In this document: positions 1-7,996 of the stretch, one piece after another
How the letters are laid out: each line of letters begins with the position of its first letter
How positions within the stretch are numbered: the stretch's first letter is position 1
Notes under the pieces: generated by a model
Seen by the model: only the letters and a program-made list of their open reading frames with translations
What the model was told of the DNA's origin: nothing
Databases searched by the model: none
Source of the DNA: Candidatus Saccharimonadales bacterium
Lineage (GTDB): Bacteria > Patescibacteriota > Saccharimonadia > Saccharimonadales > SZUA-47
Direction of reading: 5' to 3'
Assembly: GCA_038211855.1 (NCBI GenBank)
Contig: JBBQVE010000006.1
Location: 2,146-66,145, forward strand
Length of the DNA stretch: 64,000 nucleotides
Position numbers and translations under genes: made by a program

Positions 1-1
1 C

Positions 2-625
2 AAGCTTGTCGCCTACTTTAAAGAAGGCGTGCGGAGCGTTTACAAAAAAGGCGAATTGCTCATTCGTCCTCAAGACTCCCCTACCAATATCTTCTTCATC
101 GAATCCGGTTTTATCAAAGCCTACTCAATCACCAAATACGGTGAAGAAAACCTCCACGTCATCCGTAAGAACGACGAAATCTTTCCGTTGATCTGGACCT
201 TTACCGATGAGCACCGCGACGTTGCCTATGAAGCCATGGAAAACGTCACCGTATGGCGCCAACCAAAAGAAGCATATCTGCTGTACCTTGAGAAAAATCC
301 TGAGGTCACCAGTGCCGTGTTGGAGCTGGCCATCAACGCCTATCGGACCTACGCTGAGCGCGTCAATACCTTGGAATACCGCACGGTCCGCGAGCGAGTT
401 ATCTCGTTTTTATTATCATGCTCCCGCCGTTTTGGAACGGTTCTGGCAGATGGTAGCGTCCGCATCAATGCCCCGCTTCGACAGCAGGATATCGCCAGCA
501 GCATTAACTCCACGCGCGAGACCACCAGTCGCGAGCTGACCGCACTGACTCGTAAAGAACTCATCAGTATAAACGACCGCAGTATCGTCCTACGCGACAT
601 CAACAAACTCCAGTCGATGCTTTAG
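2..625 (+). CDS. Crp/Fnr-family transcription regulator (5' end probably outside window)
   Basis: Reading frame stays open to the window edge. N-half resembles a cNMP-binding beta-barrel (NIFFIESGFIKAY...). C-terminal HTH is SSINSTRETTSRELTALTRKELI. Confidence 0.8.
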   Translation, partial: KLVAYFKEGVRSVYKKGELLIRPQDSPTNIFFIESGFIKAYSITKYGEENLHVIRKNDEIFPLIWTFTDEHRDVAYEAMENVTVWRQPKEAYLLYLEKNPEVTSAVLELAINAYRTYAERVNTLEYRTVRERVISFLLSCSRRFGTVLADGSVRINAPLRQQDIASSINSTRETTSRELTALTRKELISINDRSIVLRDINKLQSML

Positions 626-1386
626 GACTTTTTGAGAAGGTAAAACCGCTCTAGGTTACCTTTGGCGCCGGCGATTTCGCTGTCGGCCTTGTCTATAATT
701 ATAAATATATCCTGGGCCCAGATTTCGAAACTTTTGAGAATGTCGCGGCGGATGGTATCGTTTTTAATTACGCCTTTGTTGATCTGATCTTTGCCGGCCT
801 CAAACTGCGGTTTTACCATGGCAATAATCTGTGTTTTCTTATCTGTTATTGCGGCGATATGCGGCAAAATGTAGCGCAGTGAAATAAACGAGACGTCCAT
901 CACCACAATGCCCGGTTTTTGGCTCGGTGTAAAGTCACGGATGTCAGTTTTTTCGTGCAGTTCAATCTTTGGGTGACCTTGCAGTGTTGGGTGTAGTTGG
1001 TCGGTACCGACATCGACTGCAAAGACTTTTTTGGCACCATGACGTAGCGCGTATTCGGTAAAACCGCCAGTAGAGCTGCCTACATCCAAAACTATCTGAT
1101 CTCGAAAGTCCACTTTGAGTCGCTTGGCGACTGATGCCAATTTAAGGCCAGCGCGGGAAACGTAATCTTCGGGTACTTTTTGTGTGATTTTATCTGTTTC
1201 GTAGACTTGCATACTGGCCTTCTTGGTTGCAATTCCATTGACATGGACGTAGCCAAAACGAATATACTCTTCTGCTTTTGAGCGAGAATAAGCCATCGTG
1301 CGAGCCACCAAGGCCAAGTCGAGCCGCATCGGATAACGCAGCGTGCTCGCTAAGGTTTTGGTGGCCTTATGATTCTTATTGCTCAC
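622..1386 (-). CDS. tlyA: TlyA-family rRNA 2'-O-methyltransferase (hemolysin A-like)
   Basis: 254 aa. S4-like N-terminus (RLDLALVARTMAYSRSKAEEYIRFGYVHVNG) is followed by the FtsJ/SAM motif VLDVGSSTGGFTE. GTG start. Confidence 0.85.
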   Translation of the reverse strand: MSNKNHKATKTLASTLRYPMRLDLALVARTMAYSRSKAEEYIRFGYVHVNGIATKKASMQVYETDKITQKVPEDYVSRAGLKLASVAKRLKVDFRDQIVLDVGSSTGGFTEYALRHGAKKVFAVDVGTDQLHPTLQGHPKIELHEKTDIRDFTPSQKPGIVVMDVSFISLRYILPHIAAITDKKTQIIAMVKPQFEAGKDQINKGVIKNDTIRRDILKSFEIWAQDIFIIIDKADSEIAGAKGNLERFYLLKKS

Positions 1387-1391
1387 AAAAA

Positions 1392-1961
1392 CTAGTCTTT
1401 CTTGCGCTCGCGGTAGGCACCGGTTGTCGTATCAATCGAAATGACATCACCTTGTTTGATAAAAGCTGGCACGCGCACTTCGACACCCGTCTCCAGCGTG
1501 GCTGGCTTCTGGACGTTGCCACTGGTGTCGCCCTTGACGACGTCTTCGGTGTACGTCACTTCCAAATAGACGTTTTTTGGCAGCTCAACATTGATTGGTT
1601 TTTCGTCAAAGCTCTGCAACACGACGATGTCGCCTTCTTTGAGGTAGTTTTTGCCATCCGCGATCATATCGGCATGGATTTCGAACTGCTCAAACGAGTC
1701 TTGGTTCATAAAAAAGTAGGTGTCGCCATCGTTGTAGAGGTACTGGACGTTCTGCTTGCTAACGTCGGCTGGTTCGAGCTGTTCATTGCCTTTGAAGGTT
1801 TCCTGCAGCACCTTGCCGTCTAACAGGCTTTTGATACGCACGTTGACGATTGAGCCGCCGCGTCCAACCACTTTCTGGTTATAATCGACGACGATATACG
1901 GCACGCCTTCCATTTGGAAGACGGTGCCTTTTTTGAGTTCAGTAATTGAATATCCTGCCAT
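1392..1961 (-). CDS. efp: Elongation factor P
   Basis: 189 aa, colinear by eye with E. coli EF-P (GVPYIVVDY..., KGDTSGNVQKPATLETG, VPAFIKQGD). The start overlaps the upstream stop (TAATG). Confidence 0.95.
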   Translation of the reverse strand: MAGYSITELKKGTVFQMEGVPYIVVDYNQKVVGRGGSIVNVRIKSLLDGKVLQETFKGNEQLEPADVSKQNVQYLYNDGDTYFFMNQDSFEQFEIHADMIADGKNYLKEGDIVVLQSFDEKPINVELPKNVYLEVTYTEDVVKGDTSGNVQKPATLETGVEVRVPAFIKQGDVISIDTTTGAYRERKKD

Positions 1962-2263
1962 TATTTCTCTCCTTTAACACTTATGAAATCGATTTGCTTT
2001 TGAATCTTTTCTTCATCTGTTGCCGAGAGATAGTTGAGTGTTTGCAGCACCATGACATCTGCCCGGATCGACGAAATAAGTGTGTCGTTCGGAGGCTCTT
2101 CTTTGAGCTTGGCAATGCTTTTCATAAGTCGAGTCTGTACGGCATTTGAAGCACCACGCATGCCAAACATACGGCGCAACGAATTACCTGGTCGACGCTC
2201 GAAAGTGTCATAGACCATCATCCACAGTTTTTCGATATTTTCGTGGCTCTTGCTCACGTTCAA
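1961..2263 (-). CDS. Hypothetical small helical protein
   Basis: 100-aa ORF with a non-ATG (TTG) start in the track. Its stop overlaps the efp start, so it is likely part of the same operon. No recognisable motif. Confidence 0.45.
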   Translation of the reverse strand: MNVSKSHENIEKLWMMVYDTFERRPGNSLRRMFGMRGASNAVQTRLMKSIAKLKEEPPNDTLISSIRADVMVLQTLNYLSATDEEKIQKQIDFISVKGEK

Positions 2264-2282
2264 AATGCCTGTCGTTAGGTAG

Positions 2283-2564
2283 TTATTCGAATTGTCTCAG
2301 GTCAATGCGTAGTTTTTCATAGCCGCTCTTCAGCTCGCTACAGTGACTGGTGAGCATACAGCCCTTCTCCATACCATGGTACAGAAATTCTTTGATTTCT
2401 GTGGCCTGTCGCTCGAGTTCGCGCGGGTTGATGATGCCACGAAAATCGTCGTAGAGCTTCCGCGCCATCTGTACGAGGCGGGCGTTTTCAGGTGTCGTTT
2501 TTGGCTTGGCATATTTCTTTACTGTGTTGTAAAGCTGTTCTGCGCTGTGTGCAAGGTTATCCAT
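2283..2564 (-). CDS. Hypothetical small helical protein
   Basis: The ATG at 2564 (MDNLAHSAEQ...) is preceded by an AAAGGGGG Shine-Dalgarno. The 108-aa track version begins upstream of that SD. No recognisable motif. Confidence 0.5.
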   Translation of the reverse strand: MDNLAHSAEQLYNTVKKYAKPKTTPENARLVQMARKLYDDFRGIINPRELERQATEIKEFLYHGMEKGCMLTSHCSELKSGYEKLRIDLRQFE

Positions 2565-2633
2565 AAACGCGCCCCCTTTAATCACCCTACTGTATCGAAT
2601 CTGTGGCACTGCCGCTATGAAAGATATTACAAA

Positions 2634-2837
2634 TTAGTTCGCGGCGACGAATGGCAGCAACGCGATGTGGCGGGCGCGCTTGATAGCACGAGCCAACTGG
2701 CGCTGTTGCATTTCGGTGAGGCCGGTCTTCTTGCGGGATTCAATTTGTCCGTATTGGTTGACGTAGCGTTGTAGGGTCTTAAAATCCTTGTACTCGAAAA
2801 AAGCAACGTCGGTGCGGTGTTTAAAAATCTTTGCCAT
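2634..2837 (-). CDS. rpsR: 30S ribosomal protein S18
   Basis: 67 aa with the typical S18 core YKDFKTLQRYVNQYGQIESRKKTGLTEMQQRQLARAIKRARHIALLPF. Sits in a conserved rpsF-ssb-rpsR arrangement. Confidence 0.95.
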   Translation of the reverse strand: MAKIFKHRTDVAFFEYKDFKTLQRYVNQYGQIESRKKTGLTEMQQRQLARAIKRARHIALLPFVAAN

Positions 2838-2848
2838 GTGAATTCTCC

Positions 2849-3334
2849 TTAAAATGGTATATCGTCGAGGTTGATCGGCTCATCGCCTATCTCTTCAATG
2901 ACGGGTGCAGCTTTGGCTGCTGGTTTTGGTGCTGGTGCTGAAGATTGGTCTTTTGGCTTGTAGGCAGGTCTTTCGCCGCCTTCGCCTTCTGCACGGTCGC
3001 CCTGTGGGCTCCCGAGGAAGGTCACGTCGTTCGCGACGACTTCTACTTTGCTGCGCTTCTGACCCTCTTGTTCCCAGCTACGGCTCTGTAAGCGGCCGTT
3101 GACGAGACATGGGCGGCCTTTTTGCAGGTACTGCGCCACACGTTCGCCGAGCGGTCCCCAGGCCACACAATCGACGTAGTCGGTGACTTCCTGCCAGTTG
3201 CCGTCTGAGCCTTTGTAGCTACGGTTGAGCGCAAGGCTAAAACTACAGACGTTCTGGCCATTCGGGGTAGTCCTGAGTTCAGGATCGCGGGTTAAGTTCC
3301 CCATCAAGATTACTTGGTTGAAACTTCGTGCCAT
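2849..3334 (-). CDS. ssb: Single-stranded DNA-binding protein
   Basis: OB-fold N-half (NQVILMGNLTRDPELRTTPNG...), a Gly/Pro/Ala-rich linker and the canonical acidic tip DDIPF. Confidence 0.95.
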   Translation of the reverse strand: MARSFNQVILMGNLTRDPELRTTPNGQNVCSFSLALNRSYKGSDGNWQEVTDYVDCVAWGPLGERVAQYLQKGRPCLVNGRLQSRSWEQEGQKRSKVEVVANDVTFLGSPQGDRAEGEGGERPAYKPKDQSSAPAPKPAAKAAPVIEEIGDEPINLDDIPF

Positions 3335-3424
3335 AAGTGGACACCTCCTTATAAGAACTACGTCTTAAGTTACTTTGTTTAGATGTAACGTACGCCCTCA
3401 GCTGTCAATTCGTCAAGCTTGGGC

Positions 3425-3880
3425 TTATTCGGCGTCACGATTGCGGCGGCGTGGACGTTCTTCTTCATCCTCGTCAGGTTTTTCGTCGTCATCTTCACCA
3501 GCACGTTCGCCGCGGGCAGCCTGTTTGGCAGCTTTTTCTTCGCGCAAAGCTTCAGCCTTGGCAGCCTTTTTGAGGTCTGGGCGAGTAATCAAAAAGCGGA
3601 TGACTTCGTCGGTAATATTTAACGAATCGTTCAGCTTGCTGACACCAGCTGCTGGCATTTCAAGCGTATAGATAACGTAGACGGCGTGTTCCTGGCCAAC
3701 GATTTTGTAGGCCATTTTGCGCTTGCCCCAGTTATCAGTAGCGGTGATTTTGCCTTCCGATGCGGCGACTTGTTTTTCGACCTTGGCGGTCGCTTTGTCT
3801 AGATCGATTTCTAGATCTGGATGATACAGAACTGCAAGTTCGTATTGTTCCAAAATATGTCCTTTCTTAAAGGAGTACAA
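3425..3880 (-). CDS. rpsF: 30S ribosomal protein S6 with charged C-terminal tail
   Basis: S6 core (YELAVLYHPD...WGKRKMAYKI...HAVYVIY) plus a ~50-aa Lys/Glu/Asp/Arg tail. The start is ambiguous: ATG at 3880, or TTG at 3853 giving the canonical M-x-x-YE N-terminus. Confidence 0.9.
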   Translation of the reverse strand: MYSFKKGHILEQYELAVLYHPDLEIDLDKATAKVEKQVAASEGKITATDNWGKRKMAYKIVGQEHAVYVIYTLEMPAAGVSKLNDSLNITDEVIRFLITRPDLKKAAKAEALREEKAAKQAARGERAGEDDDEKPDEDEEERPRRRNRDAE

Positions 3881-3963
3881 AAACTAATAGTCGTTGTAAC
3901 TTCCTTTGGATCAAGATGAGATACCTAAGAGTTCTCACCGAGAAGTTAGTTGATAACTCCCAC

Positions 3964-3992
3964 ATTATATCTGTTAAATGCTACTTTTGCAA
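3964..3992 (-). promoter_or_regulatory. Sigma70-like promoter of the rpsF operon
   Basis: Minus strand reads TTGCAA (3992-3987), 17-nt spacer, TATAAT (3969-3964). It overlaps the 3' end of vapC. Confidence 0.55.
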
Positions 3993-4346
3993 GGTGAGGA
4001 TGTCTTTGTCAAAGGTAACTACGTTACTTTGCGACAAGACGAGTAGTGCGCAATCTGTAAAGTCGAGCTTTTGATACTGTCCGTATAAGTCGATGATTTT
4101 TGTGAGTGACGGGTCATACGTAATTTGACTAAGCGTCATGACATCTCTGATAGCTCCACAGATATCGTCGCGCATCATTTTATAAACTTGAAACTCTAGC
4201 ACAAAACACAGTTCTACCAAGACGGTATTGTCGATAAAAAGTTCCTCTTTGCCCGCAGACTCAATCAACTCAACAGCCTTCTGGCGTAGCACGTGATCAT
4301 CACCTGTAATTAGGCGGACGAGGATATTCGTATCGAGATATTTCAT
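3981..4346 (-). CDS. vapC: PIN-domain toxin (VapC-like ribonuclease)
   Basis: 121 aa. PIN acidic residues sit in the expected contexts (MKYLDTNILV, TVLVELCF, LDFTDCALL). The gene follows the antitoxin gene after a 2-nt gap. Confidence 0.8.
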   Translation of the reverse strand: MKYLDTNILVRLITGDDHVLRQKAVELIESAGKEELFIDNTVLVELCFVLEFQVYKMMRDDICGAIRDVMTLSQITYDPSLTKIIDLYGQYQKLDFTDCALLVLSQSNVVTFDKDILTLQK

Positions 4347-4348
4347 GA

Positions 4349-4603
4349 CTAGCGAGATACACCCGCTGCACGGATAGCCTGCTTTAGTTCCGCTTCACTC
4401 AGCGGTTTTACAGCCGCATTCTTTGACCAATATTTTTTCATCACAGACTCCACGCTCGGCTTTGGGATGAGTCGGATGGTATCGCCAGAAAGTTCAGCAC
4501 TCAAGACACGGTTTTTTTGCAATTTGAGTTGCCTTACAAACTGTGAGGGCAGCGTAATTTGATTCTTACTTGTGATTGTTATATCTGCAGTAATGATCTT
4601 CAT
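4349..4603 (-). CDS. vapB: AbrB/SpoVT-type antitoxin (VapB-like)
   Basis: 84 aa with a swapped-hairpin-like N-terminus ITITSKNQITLPSQFVRQLKL. Lies directly upstream of the PIN gene. Confidence 0.75.
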   Translation of the reverse strand: MKIITADITITSKNQITLPSQFVRQLKLQKNRVLSAELSGDTIRLIPKPSVESVMKKYWSKNAAVKPLSEAELKQAIRAAGVSR

Positions 4604-4610
4604 AGTAAGG

Positions 4611-4639
4611 AGTATAGATTATGCCTTACTGGCTGTCAA
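4611..4639 (-). promoter_or_regulatory. Promoter of vapBC (leaderless geometry) with flanking inverted repeat
   Basis: TTGACA (4639-4634), 17 nt, TATACT (4616-4611), then 7 nt to the ATG at 4603. The inverted repeat CCTTACT/AGTAAGG (4624-4630 / 4604-4610) brackets the -10 box. Confidence 0.6.
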
Positions 4640-4662
4640 TATACGACTACGACGTCGTGTGG

Positions 4663-4917
4663 CTACGGGGCCACTTCAAGAGCCGGCAGTGGTGGCATGT
4701 ATACACCTTCTACTTGTGGTGTGTCGTGCGGCGTAGGCAGAACTGATTGGATTCTGTTAAAGCCTGCGCCGAGCGTAACTGATACACCCATAAGACCAAC
4801 AGCCACAGCAGTTACAAACCGTCGATTACTTCTGTTTTCAGCCATTTGCTCAGGGGTTAATGGCTGGTGTATGCGCGGCATTTCGTCCGCTGAATCGGTT
4901 GAACTCATCTCTATCAT
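4663..4917 (-). CDS. Small single-TM membrane protein, hypothetical
   Basis: 84 aa with a hydrophobic helix FVTAVAVGLMGVSVTLGAGF. It has its own strong promoter 6 nt upstream of the ATG. Confidence 0.5.
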   Translation of the reverse strand: MIEMSSTDSADEMPRIHQPLTPEQMAENRSNRRFVTAVAVGLMGVSVTLGAGFNRIQSVLPTPHDTPQVEGVYMPPLPALEVAP

Positions 4918-4923
4918 AGTTAT

Positions 4924-4952
4924 ATTATAGCACTTTAATTGATAATTTACAA
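4924..4952 (-). promoter_or_regulatory. Sigma70-like promoter (leaderless geometry)
   Basis: TTGTAA (4952-4947), 17 nt, TATAAT (4929-4924), then 6 nt to the ATG at 4917. Confidence 0.6.
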
Positions 4953-4970
4953 TGATATTTCTTATGGTTA

Positions 4971-7193
4971 CTAGCGGAGGATATCGTCGAACGGATGGGC
5001 GCCTTCTGGGGTTACTTCACCAGCCTCATCATCGCCGCCGGCTGCGCCACCAAAGACTTCATCCATACTGCGTACCAGTACGTCGCGCGGTTTGGCGCCA
5101 CTGGCGCTACCGACGATGCCCTGTTCTTCCATCTCATCGATCAAACGACTAGCGCGGCCGTAGCCAATCCTGAGGCGTCTCTGCAGCAAGCTAGTGCTGG
5201 CTTTCTTGTTCTCTATGACGACGCGGACGGCATCTTCAAACATTTTTTCGTCTGCACTGTCGGCTTGGCTGCTGAAGTCTGCCACGACGCCACCTTTGCC
5301 ATTCAGCTGGACCGGTTGGCTAACCACTTCTTGATCATATTGCGGCGGCCGTTGCATACGCAAGAAGTCGGTGACTTTCTGAGTTTCTTCGCTTGTTATG
5401 AGTGCACCCTGAACACGCTTCGGCTTGGGCATATCAGAGGTTGAGAACAGCATGTCACCCATACCAAGCAGTTTTTCGGCGCCCGGCATATCAATGATGG
5501 TGCGGCTATCGATTTGGCTGGCAACCGTAAAGGCGATACGGGCTGGAATGTTGGCCTTGATGAGACCAGTCACCACGTCGACACTTGGGCGCTGGGTGGC
5601 GAGTACCAAGTGAATACCGACCGCACGGGCCTTCTGAGCAATGCGTACAATCAGGGCTTCGACGTCGCGGGCAGCCATCATCATCAGGTCAGCCAGTTCG
5701 TCAATCACAATCACGATATACGGCATACCGCCTTCGGTGTTACCTTCGTTATAATCAGAAATATTGCGCTTTTTGTCGGCGGCCAAGGCGCGGTAACGGC
5801 GTTCCATCTCGGCAACGGCCCATTTGAGGGCGCTGATGCATTTTTCCGGCTCGGTAATCACAGGGGTTAACAGATGTGGAATGTCTTCGTAGAGGTTTAG
5901 TTCGACGTGCTTTGGATCAACCAAAATCAGCTTCAAATCAGAGGGCGAACTACGGTACAAAAGGCTCGTCAGCAAGGTGTTGACCATGACGGACTTACCG
6001 GAGTTGGTTTGACCGGCAATCAGCAGGTGTGGCATTTTCTCGAGGTTGGCAACGACTGGCGCTCCAGAAATATCGCGGCCGATTGCAAAAGCGAGTTGAC
6101 CATCGATCGCCTTCCATGGCTCGCTTTCAAACAAGCTGGAGACGCGGACGGTGGCAGCTTTGACGTTCGGCACCTCGATACCGACGGCTTTTTTACCAGG
6201 GATTGGCGCCTCGATGCGGATACTTTGGGCGGCAAGGCTATAGGCGAGGTTGTCGTCCAGAGCAGCAATCTTACTCAGCTTTACGCCCGATGGTGGTTTG
6301 AGCGTGTACTGCGTAACGCGCGGACCGATGTTAGCGCCTTCCATCTCAACTTCATAGTTAAAGTTCTCAAAGGTTTCACGAATAATATCGGCGTTGCCGT
6401 TGACGTTGCCAGCGTCGGCTTTGTCTTGTTTCTGGTTGAGCAGATTGATGCCCGGGAACTGCCAATCTGGGTCGTTAGCGGTGGTGAGCGCTTTGTGATT
6501 TTCCTCTTTAGCGAGTTGTTTTGGTGCGGTGTTCTTCATGCTACCGAGCGGTTTGCTGTGATGTTCAACTGGCACGCCTTCGTTCAGCTGGAAGCCTTTG
6601 TCGTGCTGATGTTCTTTTAGGTCTGCGAGATCGGTATCTTCGTCGCGTGCACGGCGGCTGAAGAGGTTTTTGATAAGTTCGAGAACGCGGTGTGATAGGC
6701 CGAAGGTCCAACAAAAAACGAGCGCTGTAATAAGGAACAGAATGACGCTGGCCAAGATACTGCTAAAGACGGAAAGTGCGGCTCCACCGATGGTTTTGCC
6801 GACTGACCCGCCGTGACCACCACTCCAAGTAGAGGTCCCATCAGTGTTAATCGTCTGCGTGGCGAACAACACGTGGAGCCATGCAGACGTCACCAGTATG
6901 AGTAGCGTCATGCTAAGTAGTTTCAGGAATGGGATTTTGTGTTCTTCGTGGCGAAATTTGTGAATGCCCCAGAAGATCAGCGCAACCGGTAGCAGATAAG
7001 CCGCAATACCGAAAGCTGTGTAAGTGCCGCTAAACATGCCCTTAGGCAGTGCCCCGCCTTGGCCGAAGCCACCAATTAACAAGAATAAAGCGATGACGAA
7101 TAGCATCACCGCCCAGACGCCGCGCAGGAACATGTTCGGCTCGCGCTCAACCTGGATCGGCTTCTTTTTGCTGTGCTTTTTCTTCTTAGCCAT
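4971..7193 (-). CDS. ftsK: DNA translocase FtsK/SpoIIIE
   Basis: N-terminal TM helices, Walker A GQTNSGKS, Walker B VIVIDELAD and a C-terminal gamma winged helix (LLQRRLRIGYGRASRLIDEMEEQGIV). I place the start at ATG 7193 (MAKKKKHSKKKP). The track's GTG at 7241 overlaps a -10-like box. Confidence 0.93.
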   Translation of the reverse strand: MAKKKKHSKKKPIQVEREPNMFLRGVWAVMLFVIALFLLIGGFGQGGALPKGMFSGTYTAFGIAAYLLPVALIFWGIHKFRHEEHKIPFLKLLSMTLLILVTSAWLHVLFATQTINTDGTSTWSGGHGGSVGKTIGGAALSVFSSILASVILFLITALVFCWTFGLSHRVLELIKNLFSRRARDEDTDLADLKEHQHDKGFQLNEGVPVEHHSKPLGSMKNTAPKQLAKEENHKALTTANDPDWQFPGINLLNQKQDKADAGNVNGNADIIRETFENFNYEVEMEGANIGPRVTQYTLKPPSGVKLSKIAALDDNLAYSLAAQSIRIEAPIPGKKAVGIEVPNVKAATVRVSSLFESEPWKAIDGQLAFAIGRDISGAPVVANLEKMPHLLIAGQTNSGKSVMVNTLLTSLLYRSSPSDLKLILVDPKHVELNLYEDIPHLLTPVITEPEKCISALKWAVAEMERRYRALAADKKRNISDYNEGNTEGGMPYIVIVIDELADLMMMAARDVEALIVRIAQKARAVGIHLVLATQRPSVDVVTGLIKANIPARIAFTVASQIDSRTIIDMPGAEKLLGMGDMLFSTSDMPKPKRVQGALITSEETQKVTDFLRMQRPPQYDQEVVSQPVQLNGKGGVVADFSSQADSADEKMFEDAVRVVIENKKASTSLLQRRLRIGYGRASRLIDEMEEQGIVGSASGAKPRDVLVRSMDEVFGGAAGGDDEAGEVTPEGAHPFDDILR

Positions 7194-7288
7194 AGGTGTT
7201 AGTAGTATATCACTCTGTTTATGTTTATCTGACCAATGCACTATACCACATAAATGTAATTTTTACAACTATTGATTTATAGGATTTA

Positions 7289-7912
7289 TTAAAAGGCAGC
7301 AACGTACGAAGTGTCTTGGAATTCGCCAAGTCGTTCAAAATCATACTGTCCGGAAGTTTCCAGATATTTGGGATCATGGAGGAAAAACTGTTCTTCACCT
7401 TCGGGCTGGTACGCCATACGAGCATGTGCCCCTGTATCACTGTGGCCTTCGAGTATCACAGCCAAGCCTGATTGCAGTCGCCGCGTTACTTCTGGCAAAA
7501 TGTTATCGCTCTGAATAGACTCCACACCGATACGCTTCCCAAAAAATCTTTCTAAGATAAAGGCAAAATGATGCGGATTGCTCGTGAAGCCCCTGAACTT
7601 TCCATCGTCAGTCGGTACCCAATAGCCATCAAATGCTTCGTCTGATGCGATTTCTTGTTGGATTACAGCTGCCTCGGCAGGTGCAAGTGACTCCCTGACT
7701 ATCAAAGCATTGAGAGATGAAGTCAGCCTACAAGATTGTTTGCCATATGGTTCTGATTCGTCGATCTGTGATAACAGCACATTTCTAACCGAAATATTTT
7801 GTCGATTTGTCGGGGGAACAGGATCGTCCCACCATTTAACGGGATACAGCTTTGAATCCGGTCCATAAAAACCATCAACTGTCCTTGCGCTTCCAGTAAA
7901 ACCACCTGCCAT
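7289..7912 (-). CDS. Hypothetical protein, possible papain-like Cys/His hydrolase fold
   Basis: 207 aa with no signal peptide. It has a Q-x-C (YGKQSCRLTS) followed later by EGHSDTGAH and LHD, an order compatible with a Cys-His-Asp triad. The fold assignment is speculative. Confidence 0.6.
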   Translation of the reverse strand: MAGGFTGSARTVDGFYGPDSKLYPVKWWDDPVPPTNRQNISVRNVLLSQIDESEPYGKQSCRLTSSLNALIVRESLAPAEAAVIQQEIASDEAFDGYWVPTDDGKFRGFTSNPHHFAFILERFFGKRIGVESIQSDNILPEVTRRLQSGLAVILEGHSDTGAHARMAYQPEGEEQFFLHDPKYLETSGQYDFERLGEFQDTSYVAAF

Positions 7913-7921
7913 AATCGAGTT

Positions 7922-7950
7922 ATTATAGCATAATCACTTTATTTTAGCAA
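7922..7950 (-). promoter_or_regulatory. Sigma70-like promoter (near-leaderless)
   Basis: TTGCTA (7950-7945), 17 nt, TATAAT (7927-7922), then 9 nt to the ATG at 7912. Confidence 0.55.
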
Positions 7951-7983
7951 CATTCGCCTGTAGCTGAATCAGCTTTGCGAATG
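7951..7983. repeat. 33-bp nested palindrome in divergent intergenic region
   Basis: CATTCGC-ctgt-AGCTGA-a-TCAGCT-tt-GCGAATG. It lies between the divergently transcribed 7912 (-) and 7997 (+) genes and is a candidate operator. Confidence 0.5.
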
Positions 7984-7996
7984 ATAAAGTAAGCTG

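Noticed and set aside
5907-6620. 237-aa plus-strand ORF. Similar long ORFs occur at 1278-1823, 9535-10053, 11465-12157 and 46712-47278.
   Set aside because: All lie fully antisense to well-supported genes (ftsK, efp, rnj, pnp, dnaG). They have low-complexity or Arg/Ser/Leu-heavy compositions typical of shadow frames, and they lack promoters or SDs.
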